Below, piece after piece: positions 49,162 to 60,041 of a DNA stretch of 64,000 nt (positions are counted from its first letter, which is position 1; the number at the start of each line of letters is the position of its first letter). A program made the translations under genes and the position numbers. The stretch comes from Vulcanimicrobiota bacterium (GTDB taxonomy: Bacteria; Vulcanimicrobiota; SpSt-956; JAKJGF01), in NCBI GenBank assembly GCA_040217695.1, contig JBEHWO010000003.1, positions 3,948 to 67,947 of the forward strand. Reading direction: 5' to 3'. The notes beneath the pieces are model-generated. The model made no database searches and was not told the origin of the DNA. It worked only from the letters and a program-made list of their open reading frames with translations.

Positions 49162-50475
49162 ATGTTTATGAAAAATTTTTTATATTTTATATCTTTTACC
49201 GGTATTTTGTTTTTCTTTACCATTGTTTATACTTATGCAGGCACAGGAGAGGGCGCCGCAGAAATTCTTAAGGAAATAAACCTGTTAAAAGGTAAACTTT
49301 CCTCTATGGATATATATACGGAAACATCGGAAAAAGGTTACCTGCAGATAGAAAAAAAATATAAAGACGGAAAAAATATTATAGTAAAAACCCTGTTTGA
49401 TAAAAATGGAAATGTGTTGTGCTGCGATGAATATATAACTTTTCAGGATAAATTAATATGGGAACATAAAGAAACAGGTTCTGTTCATTTCATTATAACT
49501 GCAGGGAAAAATGGAATGGTAAAGAGGGAAGATGTTGCTTTCGCTCCTGTTTCGACCTGTACACCCCCGCCTTATGTTCCCCGGACTGTAACTCCGACAC
49601 AGCATGTGAAACCTTCTGTGACACCGGCTCTCTCTATTTCTCCTGCTCCATCTCCAACGCCATGTGTCAAGCTTAAATTGAAGGAAAAAATAATATTTGT
49701 ATCCGATTTTGACGGTATTATGAATATATATACCATTAACCCCGATGGCTCAAATCTTTATAAAATAACAAAAGAAAGATATGAGAAAGCTTTCCCGTCG
49801 ATTTCTCCCGATGGATTGAAAATAATATATTCAGGCAATAAGGATGGGACTTGGAATATTTATACAGTAAATACTGACGGTACCGGTGAAAAAAGACTGA
49901 CGAACAGTGGTAGCAACGATATTATGCCATGTTTTATAGATAAGAATAATATTATATTTCAATCATTCAGAGAAGGAAAGCCTGCTATATACAGAATGGC
50001 TCTTGATACGAAAGAAGTTTCTCTTCTTACGAATGATTTTATTCTATCTATTCACCCTGTTCTCTACCCCGATAGAAAGAAAATTCTCTTTGCAGGAGAA
50101 AAGAATGGTAAAACCGAGTTATATAGTATGGACATAGATGGAAAAAATCTTAAAGAATTAACTCATAGCAGGTTTGAAAAATCTTTTCCTTCTATATCTT
50201 CTGACGGTAAAAAGATTGCTTTCAGCGGGAACAGTGAAGGCAGATGGAGTATATATATCATTGACGGAGGGAAGCAGAGAAAAATTAACACAGGTTTTAA
50301 AGATAGCATCTATCCGTCCTGGACCTGTGACGGTAAACATATAGTTTTTCAGGCTCTCGAAAAAGGAAATACAGGTTTATTCAAAATAAATCTGTCAGGA
50401 GAGAAGTCTGTAAAATTAACGGATAATAAGAGTAATAATATTCAGGCAAGATGTCAATTTATAATGGTGAAATGA
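49162..50475 (+). CDS. Exported TolB-like PD40 beta-propeller protein
   Basis: Signal peptide, Pro/Thr linker, repeated FPSISPDG.KI...IY...DG...LT. Confidence 0.85.
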   Translation: MFMKNFLYFISFTGILFFFTIVYTYAGTGEGAAEILKEINLLKGKLSSMDIYTETSEKGYLQIEKKYKDGKNIIVKTLFDKNGNVLCCDEYITFQDKLIWEHKETGSVHFIITAGKNGMVKREDVAFAPVSTCTPPPYVPRTVTPTQHVKPSVTPALSISPAPSPTPCVKLKLKEKIIFVSDFDGIMNIYTINPDGSNLYKITKERYEKAFPSISPDGLKIIYSGNKDGTWNIYTVNTDGTGEKRLTNSGSNDIMPCFIDKNNIIFQSFREGKPAIYRMALDTKEVSLLTNDFILSIHPVLYPDRKKILFAGEKNGKTELYSMDIDGKNLKELTHSRFEKSFPSISSDGKKIAFSGNSEGRWSIYIIDGGKQRKINTGFKDSIYPSWTCDGKHIVFQALEKGNTGLFKINLSGEKSVKLTDNKSNNIQARCQFIMVK

Positions 50476-50652
50476 CGCGTAATTGTTTACACGTCACTTC
50501 ACGGCTGTTTACCACTCAAGATATTCTGATTTGCCTGTCAGTTTATCGAGTCCATCTTTTATAATAATGTTTTTATTCTTTTCTCTCTCTGAAATAAGCT
50601 CTGTTTATGATATTATATACACGAAGAAGGTAATAAAATATTGCAGTAATTT

Positions 50653-52317
50653 TTAATATTTCTTAAAGAAGATGGCTTTTAACTTTGTAAAAGCTGTTTT
50701 CTTGTAGCCCAGTTTTGCCAGGGTCTCATCGGCACTTCTGCAGATTTCCTGATCTTTCTCTGTTAAGAAGTCACACAAGTGTTTTATAGCTTTTGTATCT
50801 CCCATGTCTCCAAGGGCTTTTATGGCGCTTATTTTTATTCTGGTATTACTATCTCTTAAAGTTCCGATAAGTAAATCGACTGTTGAAGATTCTTTATATG
50901 CTTCTTCTGTTAAAATAGAAATTATATTTATCTTGAGATCAATATCTGAAGTTTTATCAAATATTTTATAAAGAATTTTTACTATTTTCTTATCACCCCT
51001 GGGTGAAAGGATCTGAATTATGGCAGGCCACAGAGATGGGTCGCAAGAATCGGTATATTCTATTAATGGATCTATTATTCTGGGATCGTTAAACTTTCCG
51101 AGTGATGTAAGAGCAGCACTGCAGACAAACTTATCCTTGTCTTTGAGGGCCTTTATCAACAGATCTATAGCTCTCTCATCCATAAGTTCTCCCAGAATTG
51201 ATGCACAGCTTTCTCTTATGGCAGGGTCTTCATCTTTTTCCAGGGCTTCCATAAGTATATATAAGGCTCTTTTATCTCCGGCTTTCCCCAGGGTAAGAGC
51301 AGCCTGAGTCCTTACTGTTCTGTTCTGGTCTTTAAGAGCATCTACCAGTAATTCCACTACTTTATCTCCGTCTGAAGGTTTCAGATTGGATATGGCAAGA
51401 TAACGTTTATTATAATCTTCATGTTCTCTGGCTATATGAATATACATATCTGTTTTATCTGTAATCTGATCCTCATAAGGTTCTTTTTTCTCTTTCTCTT
51501 CCGGCGGTTTCTGAGGTGAAGTTCTGGCAGGAGCAGGACTGGAAAGAGAAGGTGCAAAAGGATCTTCTTCATCTTCACTGAATGAAAGTTCTATAGCAGG
51601 TAAATGAAGACCTATAACCTCCTGGTCTTCAGGAGGAGGGTTATCGTCATCACTTTCTACAGGTTCTTCCTTTACCGGCATAATTTTAGCAGTACTCTTT
51701 TTACCAGAGAGTTCAGATGAAAGCTCCTCATACGTACGGACTTTCTCCTGATTGGCTCTTTTTCTATATATTTCTACAAGTTTATCATAAAAGCTTATAG
51801 CTTCTTTCTTATTTTCCTTTACAGAGTCCATTTCCACAAGAAACTCGTATGGTTCGGGCGCATTGGGATCTATTTTAATTACCTTCCTGTAGGCTATAAT
51901 AGCAGAAGCCTGATCGCCTTTTCTGGAAAGTGTCTCTCCCAGTTTAATAAGAGCTGTTACATTTGAAATTTCACGTTTTAAAACGTCTCTATAATATTTT
52001 TCTGCATGATCAAAGGAACCCTGTTTGAAATGCATATCTCCCATTATACGATAGGCATCAACATCATTCGGGGCTATACGTACAAGATTTTTGATTATAT
52101 TTTTAACTTCTTCATATTTTTCAACAGATATATATTCTTCTGCCAGGTCTTTGAATTGCTGAATTGCTTCTTTAATTTTACCTAGTTTCACATCCATTTC
52201 GGCCAGTTCCTGGCGAAGACCGAGATTCCCCAGCCGATTACCACATTCATTACAGAAGGGTTGAAGGATAGAATTCTGGTGTTTACATTTAAGACAAGTT
52301 ATCATTGTACTTAACAT
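50653..52317 (-). CDS. Zinc-ribbon + TPR + HEAT repeat protein
   Basis: CLKC...FCNECG, TPR-like helices, acidic Pro linker, VR..AA.LG HEAT repeats. Confidence 0.85.
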   Translation of the reverse strand: MLSTMITCLKCKHQNSILQPFCNECGNRLGNLGLRQELAEMDVKLGKIKEAIQQFKDLAEEYISVEKYEEVKNIIKNLVRIAPNDVDAYRIMGDMHFKQGSFDHAEKYYRDVLKREISNVTALIKLGETLSRKGDQASAIIAYRKVIKIDPNAPEPYEFLVEMDSVKENKKEAISFYDKLVEIYRKRANQEKVRTYEELSSELSGKKSTAKIMPVKEEPVESDDDNPPPEDQEVIGLHLPAIELSFSEDEEDPFAPSLSSPAPARTSPQKPPEEKEKKEPYEDQITDKTDMYIHIAREHEDYNKRYLAISNLKPSDGDKVVELLVDALKDQNRTVRTQAALTLGKAGDKRALYILMEALEKDEDPAIRESCASILGELMDERAIDLLIKALKDKDKFVCSAALTSLGKFNDPRIIDPLIEYTDSCDPSLWPAIIQILSPRGDKKIVKILYKIFDKTSDIDLKINIISILTEEAYKESSTVDLLIGTLRDSNTRIKISAIKALGDMGDTKAIKHLCDFLTEKDQEICRSADETLAKLGYKKTAFTKLKAIFFKKY

Positions 52318-52424
52318 CACCTCTTAACCAGTAAGTTATTCTACATTATACTATATTTCTATACTGGAATCAAATCTTTTCAAGAAAAGGTGAAGAAAAT
52401 TTATCCATTAAGATTTATCAAATT

Positions 52425-52901
52425 TTATAAAACGTTGCCGGGAACCCCGGTACCCTTGCAGACGGGTTCATTGACTCTTCTGCCTTCCAGAAATTTTTTT
52501 CCGCCGTGATAGTCAGAAAGAGATTGCTTTTCTACAGGGCCGTCAATGGTAGACCTGTGTATGAAATCTCCGTTACCGCAGTAAATTCCTACATGGGTTA
52601 TAGTCCCGTCCGGCCACTCACCATAAGTATTCTTAAAGAAAACTAAATCCCCGGGCATAAGATCCGGGACTCTGTTGATTTTTATACCAATATCATCTCC
52701 TGCAAGGGAGTTTGCATAGCTTTCATCGGTAGGAAAATAATTATCGGAAGGTTTTTCTGTAACCCCCGGTTCTATACCGGAAAGAGAAAAAACCTTTCTT
52801 ACAAACCAGGCACACTGCTCATTTTGACCCGGATTAAATTCCCTTCCCACCCACTCGAGAGCAACAGACAGAATCTTTGAAGAAAGAGATTTTTCAGACA
52901 T
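52425..52901 (-). CDS. NlpC/P60 family hydrolase
   Basis: QCAWFV, PGDLVFF, ITHVGIY, FIH. Confidence 0.88.
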   Translation of the reverse strand: MSEKSLSSKILSVALEWVGREFNPGQNEQCAWFVRKVFSLSGIEPGVTEKPSDNYFPTDESYANSLAGDDIGIKINRVPDLMPGDLVFFKNTYGEWPDGTITHVGIYCGNGDFIHRSTIDGPVEKQSLSDYHGGKKFLEGRRVNEPVCKGTGVPGNVL

Positions 52902-53180
52902 AATTACTCCTTTAAAGGTTTATATGAGAATCGTGACGCGTTACGGGAGGAACAAATTCTCAGATTTCGTTGTGACCGACCCGGTCATGTTTGTTACAGG
53001 TTATTTATTATGTAAAATTACAGAGTGCCGGTCACCCTTTACCGCTTATTGCTCACCGATTATTATATGCTTTTTATAATAGTAATACAATAAGCAGGAT
53101 TTAATTTTTTCAAAGTTGAATATTTATATATTCAATCCATAAATATTCCTGCCGTGACGGGTCAGTTAGGAATGGCAGTT

Positions 53181-53295
53181 AAATAAATGTCTCAAATATA
53201 TTAATCGTGACGCGTAACGCGTAACGCGTGACGCGAGGAAAGAGACAATTAATAAATTTTCATTCCTTATTATTATGGAAATTTAAGTGACTATA
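53181..53295 (-). repeat. Heptamer-core repeat, reverse copy of 23252-23345
   Basis: TGTCTCAAATATATTAATCGTGACGCGTAACGCGTAACGCGTGACGCGAGGAAAGAGACAATTAATAA. Confidence 0.75.
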
Positions 53296-53311
53296 ATTAT
53301 GGTATAAACTT

Positions 53312-53641
53312 ATGAACCAGTCATTTTCAACATTGCCTCTCATCATAACTGTTATTTTATGTCTGGTTATTTCGACAGTAATAGTATATTACTTTGATGC
53401 AACAGGTAATCCCATATGGGATAAACCGGCATTAATACCTGCCGTCATAGTTATACCCCTGATTTTAGTCGGATGGCTTCCTCTGGGATTTTATTCCCTT
53501 TATCTCTATAAAAAAGAACGACCTGTTATTGCTACTGTTTTATCTGCAGTCACTGTTTTATGGATAATAGCCATCATTGTAGCTATCGGAGGAATAATAA
53601 GGTTTTTGATAGGAGTGTCAAATAAATTTCTGGGATTTTAA
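53312..53641 (+). CDS. Small membrane protein (3 TM)
   Basis: Three hydrophobic segments. Confidence 0.65.
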   Translation: MNQSFSTLPLIITVILCLVISTVIVYYFDATGNPIWDKPALIPAVIVIPLILVGWLPLGFYSLYLYKKERPVIATVLSAVTVLWIIAIIVAIGGIIRFLIGVSNKFLGF

Positions 53642-53766
53642 ATATTTTTTGTGTCATAAAACAGGGTTCCTGTGTTTTGTTTACCGTAGAATAAAGCTTT
53701 GACGTAGATTTACACACCGTTTACTACGCATGTGATTACAAAATTCTTAATGAAGGTGAATCTCAT

Positions 53767-55431
53767 ATGTTTTTATTTTCAGAAGAACGTGACCAGAATA
53801 ACAGAGCTGTATATAAACTAACAGGATATGAAGGGCCTTTAAAGGGTAGCAATTTTTTGCTCTCCTCATCGTCTAACGGTATAGGGAGAAATAAAAGCAA
53901 CGATATAATCGTAAATGATGCAAAAGTATCACGTCATCATGCCACTTTAGATTTAATTGAAGGATTATTATATATTACTGATTTGAACAGTACTGCAGGT
54001 ACATATGTTAACGGTAAACGTATAACCAGAGCGATCCTGAACCATGGAGACAGAATTCAGTTTTATCTCACAGGTGAAGATGATAAAAAAATATGTGAGA
54101 AAAAAACTGAAATCAGTGAAACTCATATTGTTGACAGAAAAGTATCTGTCAGTATGTCGGCAAATATAAGAGATTTTCTGAGCCAGGATAAAACCAGATG
54201 GCTGTCAACACTTAAACTTTCAGACAGAGAAGAACATCTGAGAGATAAGAAAAAACTGGAGATTCTACTTTCAGTCGGTACTGCTCTGAGCAAACCGGAA
54301 AGGATAGAAGTGAAGATTGAAAAAATACTTTCTGTTTTATTTGAAATAATGGATCTTGACAGGGCAGCCATATGGATACTGGACAGGGATATTACAGGTA
54401 ATGCCATAAGAACAGCACATCTGGATCCGGTTTTTAAATATAAAATTTTCAGAAAGCGTTATGATCTTCAGGGAGAAGAAGAACCGGTATTTAGTATGAG
54501 TATAATAAACAAGGTATTACTTGAAGAAGAGGGATTGCTGGTTAAAGATGCTCTTAAAGACGAACAGTTTAAAAGTGCCATGAGCGTAAAGGTTCATGGT
54601 ATAAGAACATGTGTCTGTGTTCCTCTTAAAACACAGGATAATCTTTTAGGTGTTTTATATGCAGATGCTCAGAGACCTGTTGACAGATTTACAGATGAAG
54701 ATTTGAAATTCGTTACTGCCTTCAGTGCACAGGCTGCAGTAGCAGTGGAAAATTCCCTTCTCCATCAAAAAATAGAAGATGATGCAAAGGTAAGAAGCCG
54801 TTTTGAAAGATTTTTCTCTCCCAATACCATTGATACGCTTATTAAAGAACCGGAATATGTGGGAAAGGGAGGAGAAGAAATGTGTGTAACAATTCTTTTC
54901 AGTGACATAAGAAATTACACGGAACTTTCAGGGAAAAAAAATCCTGTAGATGTAGCCAATATGCTCAACGAATATTTTCCGCCTATGGTGAAAATAGTAT
55001 TTAATAAAGACGGAACCCTTGAAAAATATATAGGAGATGCCCTTATGGCCATATGGGGCGCACCGGTGCCGCGAGAAGATCATGCCCTTATGTCTGTCCT
55101 TGCGGCAATAGACATGCAAAAAGCAGTAAGGGAACTTAATGACAGGTGGAGAAAAACCGGTAAAATCACAATAGATATAGGAATTGGAATAAATACAGGC
55201 ATGTCTTTTGTGGGAAATATAGGTGATGATGAATATCTTCAATATGCTGCCATAGGAGATTCTACAAATCTGTCTGCCAGGCTGTGCTCCTGTGCTGCTC
55301 CCGGAGAAATTCTGGTCTCGGAATATACGTACAATATATTGAAGAATTCACAGATAAGATTTCAGGAGCTGGAAAGCATACCACTCAAGGGCTATGCCGG
55401 AAGGATCAGGAGATTTAAAGTTATTTTTTAG
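53767..55431 (+). CDS. FHA-GAF-class III adenylate/guanylate cyclase
   Basis: IGR...VSRHHA...DLNSTAGT FHA; CVPL..GVLYAD GAF; FSDIRNYT, EKYIGDA, GDSTNLSAR. Confidence 0.93.
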   Translation: MFLFSEERDQNNRAVYKLTGYEGPLKGSNFLLSSSSNGIGRNKSNDIIVNDAKVSRHHATLDLIEGLLYITDLNSTAGTYVNGKRITRAILNHGDRIQFYLTGEDDKKICEKKTEISETHIVDRKVSVSMSANIRDFLSQDKTRWLSTLKLSDREEHLRDKKKLEILLSVGTALSKPERIEVKIEKILSVLFEIMDLDRAAIWILDRDITGNAIRTAHLDPVFKYKIFRKRYDLQGEEEPVFSMSIINKVLLEEEGLLVKDALKDEQFKSAMSVKVHGIRTCVCVPLKTQDNLLGVLYADAQRPVDRFTDEDLKFVTAFSAQAAVAVENSLLHQKIEDDAKVRSRFERFFSPNTIDTLIKEPEYVGKGGEEMCVTILFSDIRNYTELSGKKNPVDVANMLNEYFPPMVKIVFNKDGTLEKYIGDALMAIWGAPVPREDHALMSVLAAIDMQKAVRELNDRWRKTGKITIDIGIGINTGMSFVGNIGDDEYLQYAAIGDSTNLSARLCSCAAPGEILVSEYTYNILKNSQIRFQELESIPLKGYAGRIRRFKVIF

Positions 55432-55463
55432 AGTTTAATTTAAAGGTTTAGATAAAATTTAAA

Positions 55464-55594
55464 CAGGAGTTACGCATTTTGTCATTGCGAGGAGCGGAGC
55501 GACGAAGCAATCCCAACAATTTCTGTTGTAATAATGGGATTGCTTCGCTTCGCTCGCAATGACTGATTCTTCTGTATTTTTTGCGTAAGTCCTG
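55464..55594. mobile_element. 131-bp MITE with CAGGAGTTACGCA TIRs, TTTAAA flanks, different REP-like cargo
   Basis: 12/13 TIR; TTTAAA at 55458-55463 and 55595-55600; inner GTCATTGCGAGGAGC...CGCTCGCAATGAC palindrome. Confidence 0.85.
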
Positions 55595-55710
55595 TTTAAA
55601 TAGATGCAGTTTATCTAAATAATTTATCAATTCCCTGGCTTTGCCTGCCCGGCGCTCTTTCGAAAAAATCTAAACTGGAATATCTGTTAGAGCTTATACT
55701 ATTTAGCTTT

Positions 55711-55762
55711 AACCATAGTGCTTTGCCTGTGGCTCAGGAGCACCGGGCAAAGCACTATGGTT
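55711..55762. terminator. Long hairpin after pilin operon
   Basis: AACCATAGTGCTTTGCC...GGCAAAGCACTATGGTT 17-bp stem. Confidence 0.6.
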
Positions 55763-55777
55763 GATAGCCATATGGTA

Positions 55778-57886
55778 TCAGTGTAATTCTTCCCATGTAT
55801 TGACTACTATTTTTGTCTTTATTTCAGACGAAGCAAGAAGTTTTTCATAATTCCTGGAATGAATTATAGTAAAATCTCCTTTGTCCTTTGGACTGACCAG
55901 TTTTACTTTTATATTTCCGGAATCAGGATTAACCGGTCCCGTTCCGTCCAGATTATTCGGATCTGTAACGACAAGAGCTCCTGTTATGAGTATATCGGGG
56001 GAATATATGTCGCCGGAAACCTGCTGAACAGGAACAGGTGTTGCTGAAGCATTGCCTCCGAGAGATTGTTCGTATTTTACCAGTGTATTATACATATAAT
56101 TATTCAAAGCACTTCCGTTTGGAAAATAACCGTTGTCAATTATCCAACTGCCTGTACTCCAGTGGTTTTCATGTAAATTTACCTGTATTCCGTTACCTAT
56201 AGTAGTACCGTTCACAGGGTCAACATCAAACCAGTCGTTCATAGTATCCCATGAACATAATTTGTTATCAACATAAACATGAATATGTTTTGCTCCTGAA
56301 AAAGTGTAAGTTCCGTCTCCGTTAACAGTAAGGGTCGCAGATGTTTTTGTCGGTATTCCGGATTTATCATATCCGCCACCGCTGGATGGTATAGTTGTAT
56401 CTCCGTCAGGGACAAACATTACAGGCCAGCTCCCGAAACCGGGCATGGACAGTCCTGTCTGCGGTATGGTAATAGTAGTCGGGGTTGCAGAAGGTGCAGG
56501 AGGGGCTACATTGTTATAGGCCTGTTCCACCCAGTCACCAGGCCATTGAGAGCCTGCAGGCAGAGCTGTGGAAGGATTGGATGCCAGAGAATATGAATCG
56601 GAAGCATTGGGATCAAGGACTGTGGCATTTAAATTACCGTGAGTTAATACTGCACCGGTAAGATTTAAGTTTATATTACTTAACCTGCTTGCAGGAAGGC
56701 TTATATTTATATCTCCCTCGCTTAATAATTCTGTACCTGTTTCTTCACTTGCCACCAGATCTGTTTGCATTATAAATTTTGTGCTCCCTGTATTATATAT
56801 GGAACCATTTCCCTGCAGTCTCCCGAAAACCATGAAACTGTCGGCGTTTTTGCTGCTTCCGTTTATATAGAGTGTGGGATAACCACTGGCAGTTTTCTCA
56901 AGCCTTAATCCTGCAGTGCCATAATGGTTATCTTTCATGGGGAATTCGAATCTTACATCATTACTGAAATAGACATCCTGTGTGAAAACAAGTTCTCCTG
57001 TAGCCTGATCTATTGAAGTTCCCGGAATGGTTACAGTATTACCGTTTACGTCCAATAATTCAAACTGTCCACCTGTCTGCTTCTGAGTAATCCTGTAAGT
57101 ACCGCCCGGAGTCGTGTTAACACCTGCGTGGTCTTGGACAAGTTTTTTTATATCAATATCAGGTATTGGTTTGGGTTCAACATGGTCTCTTAACTGCGTC
57201 CCGCTGTTTACATCATAATAAGCCGGGTCTATCTCTATACCGCTGCAGCCGCTTATTACACCGCCGAAAGCCTTTACGAATGTAGTGCCACCTGCTTTTA
57301 TTGACGGTATACCGGGATTAACAGGATCTTTGAAATTTGAATGAAAAGAACCTCCTTCATTGGTATCTTTCGATGACGGAGCACGCTTTATTATAAAATT
57401 CGCTGCATCTATATCTGTTTGTCCGCTGCATCTGCCACCTTCGTTTATATTGGCACGTCCCAGTGTTACTCTTATTCTTCTTACCGTAGAGCCTGCCTGG
57501 CCTGTAACTATTAAGTCTACGGAATCCGGAGGCACTGTGGCACCTCTGTATCCATTCGGGTCAGCTCCGTCCAGTTCCAGATTATTTATGGAATAATAAT
57601 CTGTTACGGTTGTGCCTGGCTTGAAGTATATGGTAAATTTACCGTTACATGTGTCGCCTGTCACACCTGCCGGCTTCCAGCTGGAAGCGTGCTGTAATTC
57701 ATATATGGCATAAGCCACTCCTGATTCTGCCGCCATAAGGGCCGATACCCTGTTGTTGTAATTCAATGTATAGAGGAGATTGTTTGAATTTACTGTTATG
57801 AGAGCTACAGTTAACATTACCAGTATAACCATCATCAATAATATGGTAATAAGAGCCATACCACTGTGATATTTTTTCTGTTTCAT
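55778..57886 (-). CDS. PilX-like N-terminal pilus-associated protein, paralogue 2
   Basis: G|MALITILL prepilin-like segment, ALMAAESGVAYA, VTGQAG...RRI. Confidence 0.8.
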   Translation of the reverse strand: MKQKKYHSGMALITILLMMVILVMLTVALITVNSNNLLYTLNYNNRVSALMAAESGVAYAIYELQHASSWKPAGVTGDTCNGKFTIYFKPGTTVTDYYSINNLELDGADPNGYRGATVPPDSVDLIVTGQAGSTVRRIRVTLGRANINEGGRCSGQTDIDAANFIIKRAPSSKDTNEGGSFHSNFKDPVNPGIPSIKAGGTTFVKAFGGVISGCSGIEIDPAYYDVNSGTQLRDHVEPKPIPDIDIKKLVQDHAGVNTTPGGTYRITQKQTGGQFELLDVNGNTVTIPGTSIDQATGELVFTQDVYFSNDVRFEFPMKDNHYGTAGLRLEKTASGYPTLYINGSSKNADSFMVFGRLQGNGSIYNTGSTKFIMQTDLVASEETGTELLSEGDINISLPASRLSNINLNLTGAVLTHGNLNATVLDPNASDSYSLASNPSTALPAGSQWPGDWVEQAYNNVAPPAPSATPTTITIPQTGLSMPGFGSWPVMFVPDGDTTIPSSGGGYDKSGIPTKTSATLTVNGDGTYTFSGAKHIHVYVDNKLCSWDTMNDWFDVDPVNGTTIGNGIQVNLHENHWSTGSWIIDNGYFPNGSALNNYMYNTLVKYEQSLGGNASATPVPVQQVSGDIYSPDILITGALVVTDPNNLDGTGPVNPDSGNIKVKLVSPKDKGDFTIIHSRNYEKLLASSEIKTKIVVNTWEELH

Positions 57887-57961
57887 ATTACTTCCTCCTT
57901 TATTTGACCGGGGGATGAGAGATTTTTTTATTTAGCTGTCGTATTTCAGGTAAAACCTCCT

Positions 57962-60025
57962 TTAATGCAATTCTTCCCATGTATTAACTACCAGTTTTGT
58001 TCTTATTTCTGGTGAAGCAAGGAGTTTCTCGTAATTTCTGGAATGAACGATTGTAAAATCTCCTTTGTTCTGCGGCCCTTTAAGATCTACATTTATATTT
58101 CCTGCATTAATATTGTGCAGACCTGTACCATCCAGGTTATTCGGATCTGTAACAATAAGAGCGCCTGTTATTTTCACATCGGGAGCATATAATTCTTTAC
58201 CTGTGAGATCGATATTTGAAGAAGAACCTCCGAACATCTCATTGATGGCATCACACATATACGGATAGAGTACATTTCTTGCAGACGTAGAACTGTAATT
58301 AACACCATCTATATAAACATCGGAATTGGATGGATACCAGGATGCAGGATAGGAACCGTACTGAAAATTACATGGTGTATAGAAATCAAGGTCATTATTA
58401 CCCGTTGTAACAAGAGAGCCATTCTTGTAAAAATTTATTTCTACGCCTGCTGCATCGCCTGCCATAGAAAAAGAACCGTCTCCGTTGGCTTTCAATGTTA
58501 CATTGCTGTTTCCCATAGTTTTTGCATTCGCATAAATACTGGTTCCCGGGAAAATTTTCATACACCAGCTGGCAGTATCAGAAGGATTTAACGGAGGAGG
58601 TCCTGATAGAGGTATTTCAATGGCTCCTGTAATCTCCTCTGTCCCTGAACCGTAAACATTGGTGTTATAAGACTTTTCCACCCAGTCATTGGGCCATTTA
58701 TCGCCGGTCATTGCTACGGAAGGATTGTCTGTAGCATTGGGATCAAGCACTGTGGCATTCAGATTGCCATGAGTGAGAACGGCACCTGTCAGGCTCAGGT
58801 TTATAGGGCTTATTCTGCTTGCAGGAAGACTTATATTTATATCTCCTTCGCTCAATAATTCTGTACCTGTTTCTTCACTTGCCACAAGATCTGTTTCCAT
58901 AATAAATTTTGTACTGCCTGTATTATATATGGAGCCGTTCCCTTCTACCTTCCCCATTACCCAGAAACTGTTCGTATCCGTATTGCTCCCGTTTACATAC
59001 AGTGACGGATAGACACCGCCTGTTTTCTCAAGTCTCACTCCTGCAGTGGCATATCTGGCATCCTTCATGGGAAATTCAAATTTTACATCACTGTTGAAAT
59101 AGACATCTTTTGTGAATACAAGCTGTCCTGTATCCTGATCTATATAGGTATATGGTATGGTTACAGGGACGCCGCTTTCGTTCATCAGTTGAAATTGACC
59201 TCCTTTGGTGGTCTGTGTAAGTCTGTATGTGCCGCCTGAAACAGGATTTTTCCCTGATTTGGATAATACCAGTTCCTTTATATCCACATCAGGTATCGGT
59301 TTGGGCTCAACCTTCGGCCTTAACTGTGTGCCCATCGTGTTAACATCACTGTCCCTTATGTCTATCCCTCCGCAGGCACTTACAACTCCTCCATAGGCAT
59401 TTACCTGTGTACTTCCTTTTAACATATCATAGGCTGATATGGATGTTTCATTCGGATCTGAAGGGTTTCTGTAATTGGAATGAAAGGAACCTCCCTGACT
59501 GGTATCTTTTGCTGTTGTGGCACGCTGTATAACAAATTTATCTGCATATACATTGGCTGTACCGCTGCATCTGCCTCCTTCGCTTATATTGGCACGGCCA
59601 AGTAATACTCTTATTCTTCTTACTGTAGAACCGGTCTGACCTGTAACTATTAAATTTACTGTATGGGGAGGAACACCGTTCGGTTCGTTATAGCCGCTGA
59701 CAAGACCTTCACCGTTTAGATTGTTTACGGAATAATAATCTGTTACTGTTGTACCTGGCTTGAAGTATATTCTGAAATTGCCGTTACTGCATTTTTTACT
59801 GATTTCCGCAGGACACCAGTTTGGATCGCTCTGTAATTCATATATGGCATAGGCCACTCCTGACTCGGCTGCCATAAGAGCTGATACCCTGCTGTTATAA
59901 TTCAATGTGTATAAGAGATTATTTGAATTTATCGTTATAAGAGTCACTGTTAACATAACCAGTATGACCATCATCAGCAATATGGTAATGAGAGCCATAC
60001 CATTATGGTCTTTATTATGTTTCAT
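57962..60025 (-). CDS. PilX-like N-terminal pilus-associated protein, paralogue 1
   Basis: Same motifs; colinear with 55778-57886. Confidence 0.8.
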   Translation of the reverse strand: MKHNKDHNGMALITILLMMVILVMLTVTLITINSNNLLYTLNYNSRVSALMAAESGVAYAIYELQSDPNWCPAEISKKCSNGNFRIYFKPGTTVTDYYSVNNLNGEGLVSGYNEPNGVPPHTVNLIVTGQTGSTVRRIRVLLGRANISEGGRCSGTANVYADKFVIQRATTAKDTSQGGSFHSNYRNPSDPNETSISAYDMLKGSTQVNAYGGVVSACGGIDIRDSDVNTMGTQLRPKVEPKPIPDVDIKELVLSKSGKNPVSGGTYRLTQTTKGGQFQLMNESGVPVTIPYTYIDQDTGQLVFTKDVYFNSDVKFEFPMKDARYATAGVRLEKTGGVYPSLYVNGSNTDTNSFWVMGKVEGNGSIYNTGSTKFIMETDLVASEETGTELLSEGDINISLPASRISPINLSLTGAVLTHGNLNATVLDPNATDNPSVAMTGDKWPNDWVEKSYNTNVYGSGTEEITGAIEIPLSGPPPLNPSDTASWCMKIFPGTSIYANAKTMGNSNVTLKANGDGSFSMAGDAAGVEINFYKNGSLVTTGNNDLDFYTPCNFQYGSYPASWYPSNSDVYIDGVNYSSTSARNVLYPYMCDAINEMFGGSSSNIDLTGKELYAPDVKITGALIVTDPNNLDGTGLHNINAGNINVDLKGPQNKGDFTIVHSRNYEKLLASPEIRTKLVVNTWEELH

Positions 60026-60041
60026 AGTGATACCTCCTTTA

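Noticed and set aside
55448-55630. 60-aa ORF containing HCERSEAI, and ORFs at 40329-40538 and 21376-21564
   Set aside because: Translations of palindromic or heptamer repeats without RBS
55778-60025. Diversity-generating retroelement TR/VR pair
   Set aside because: Both copies are full genes, mismatches are not adenine-specific, and no reverse transcriptase is present
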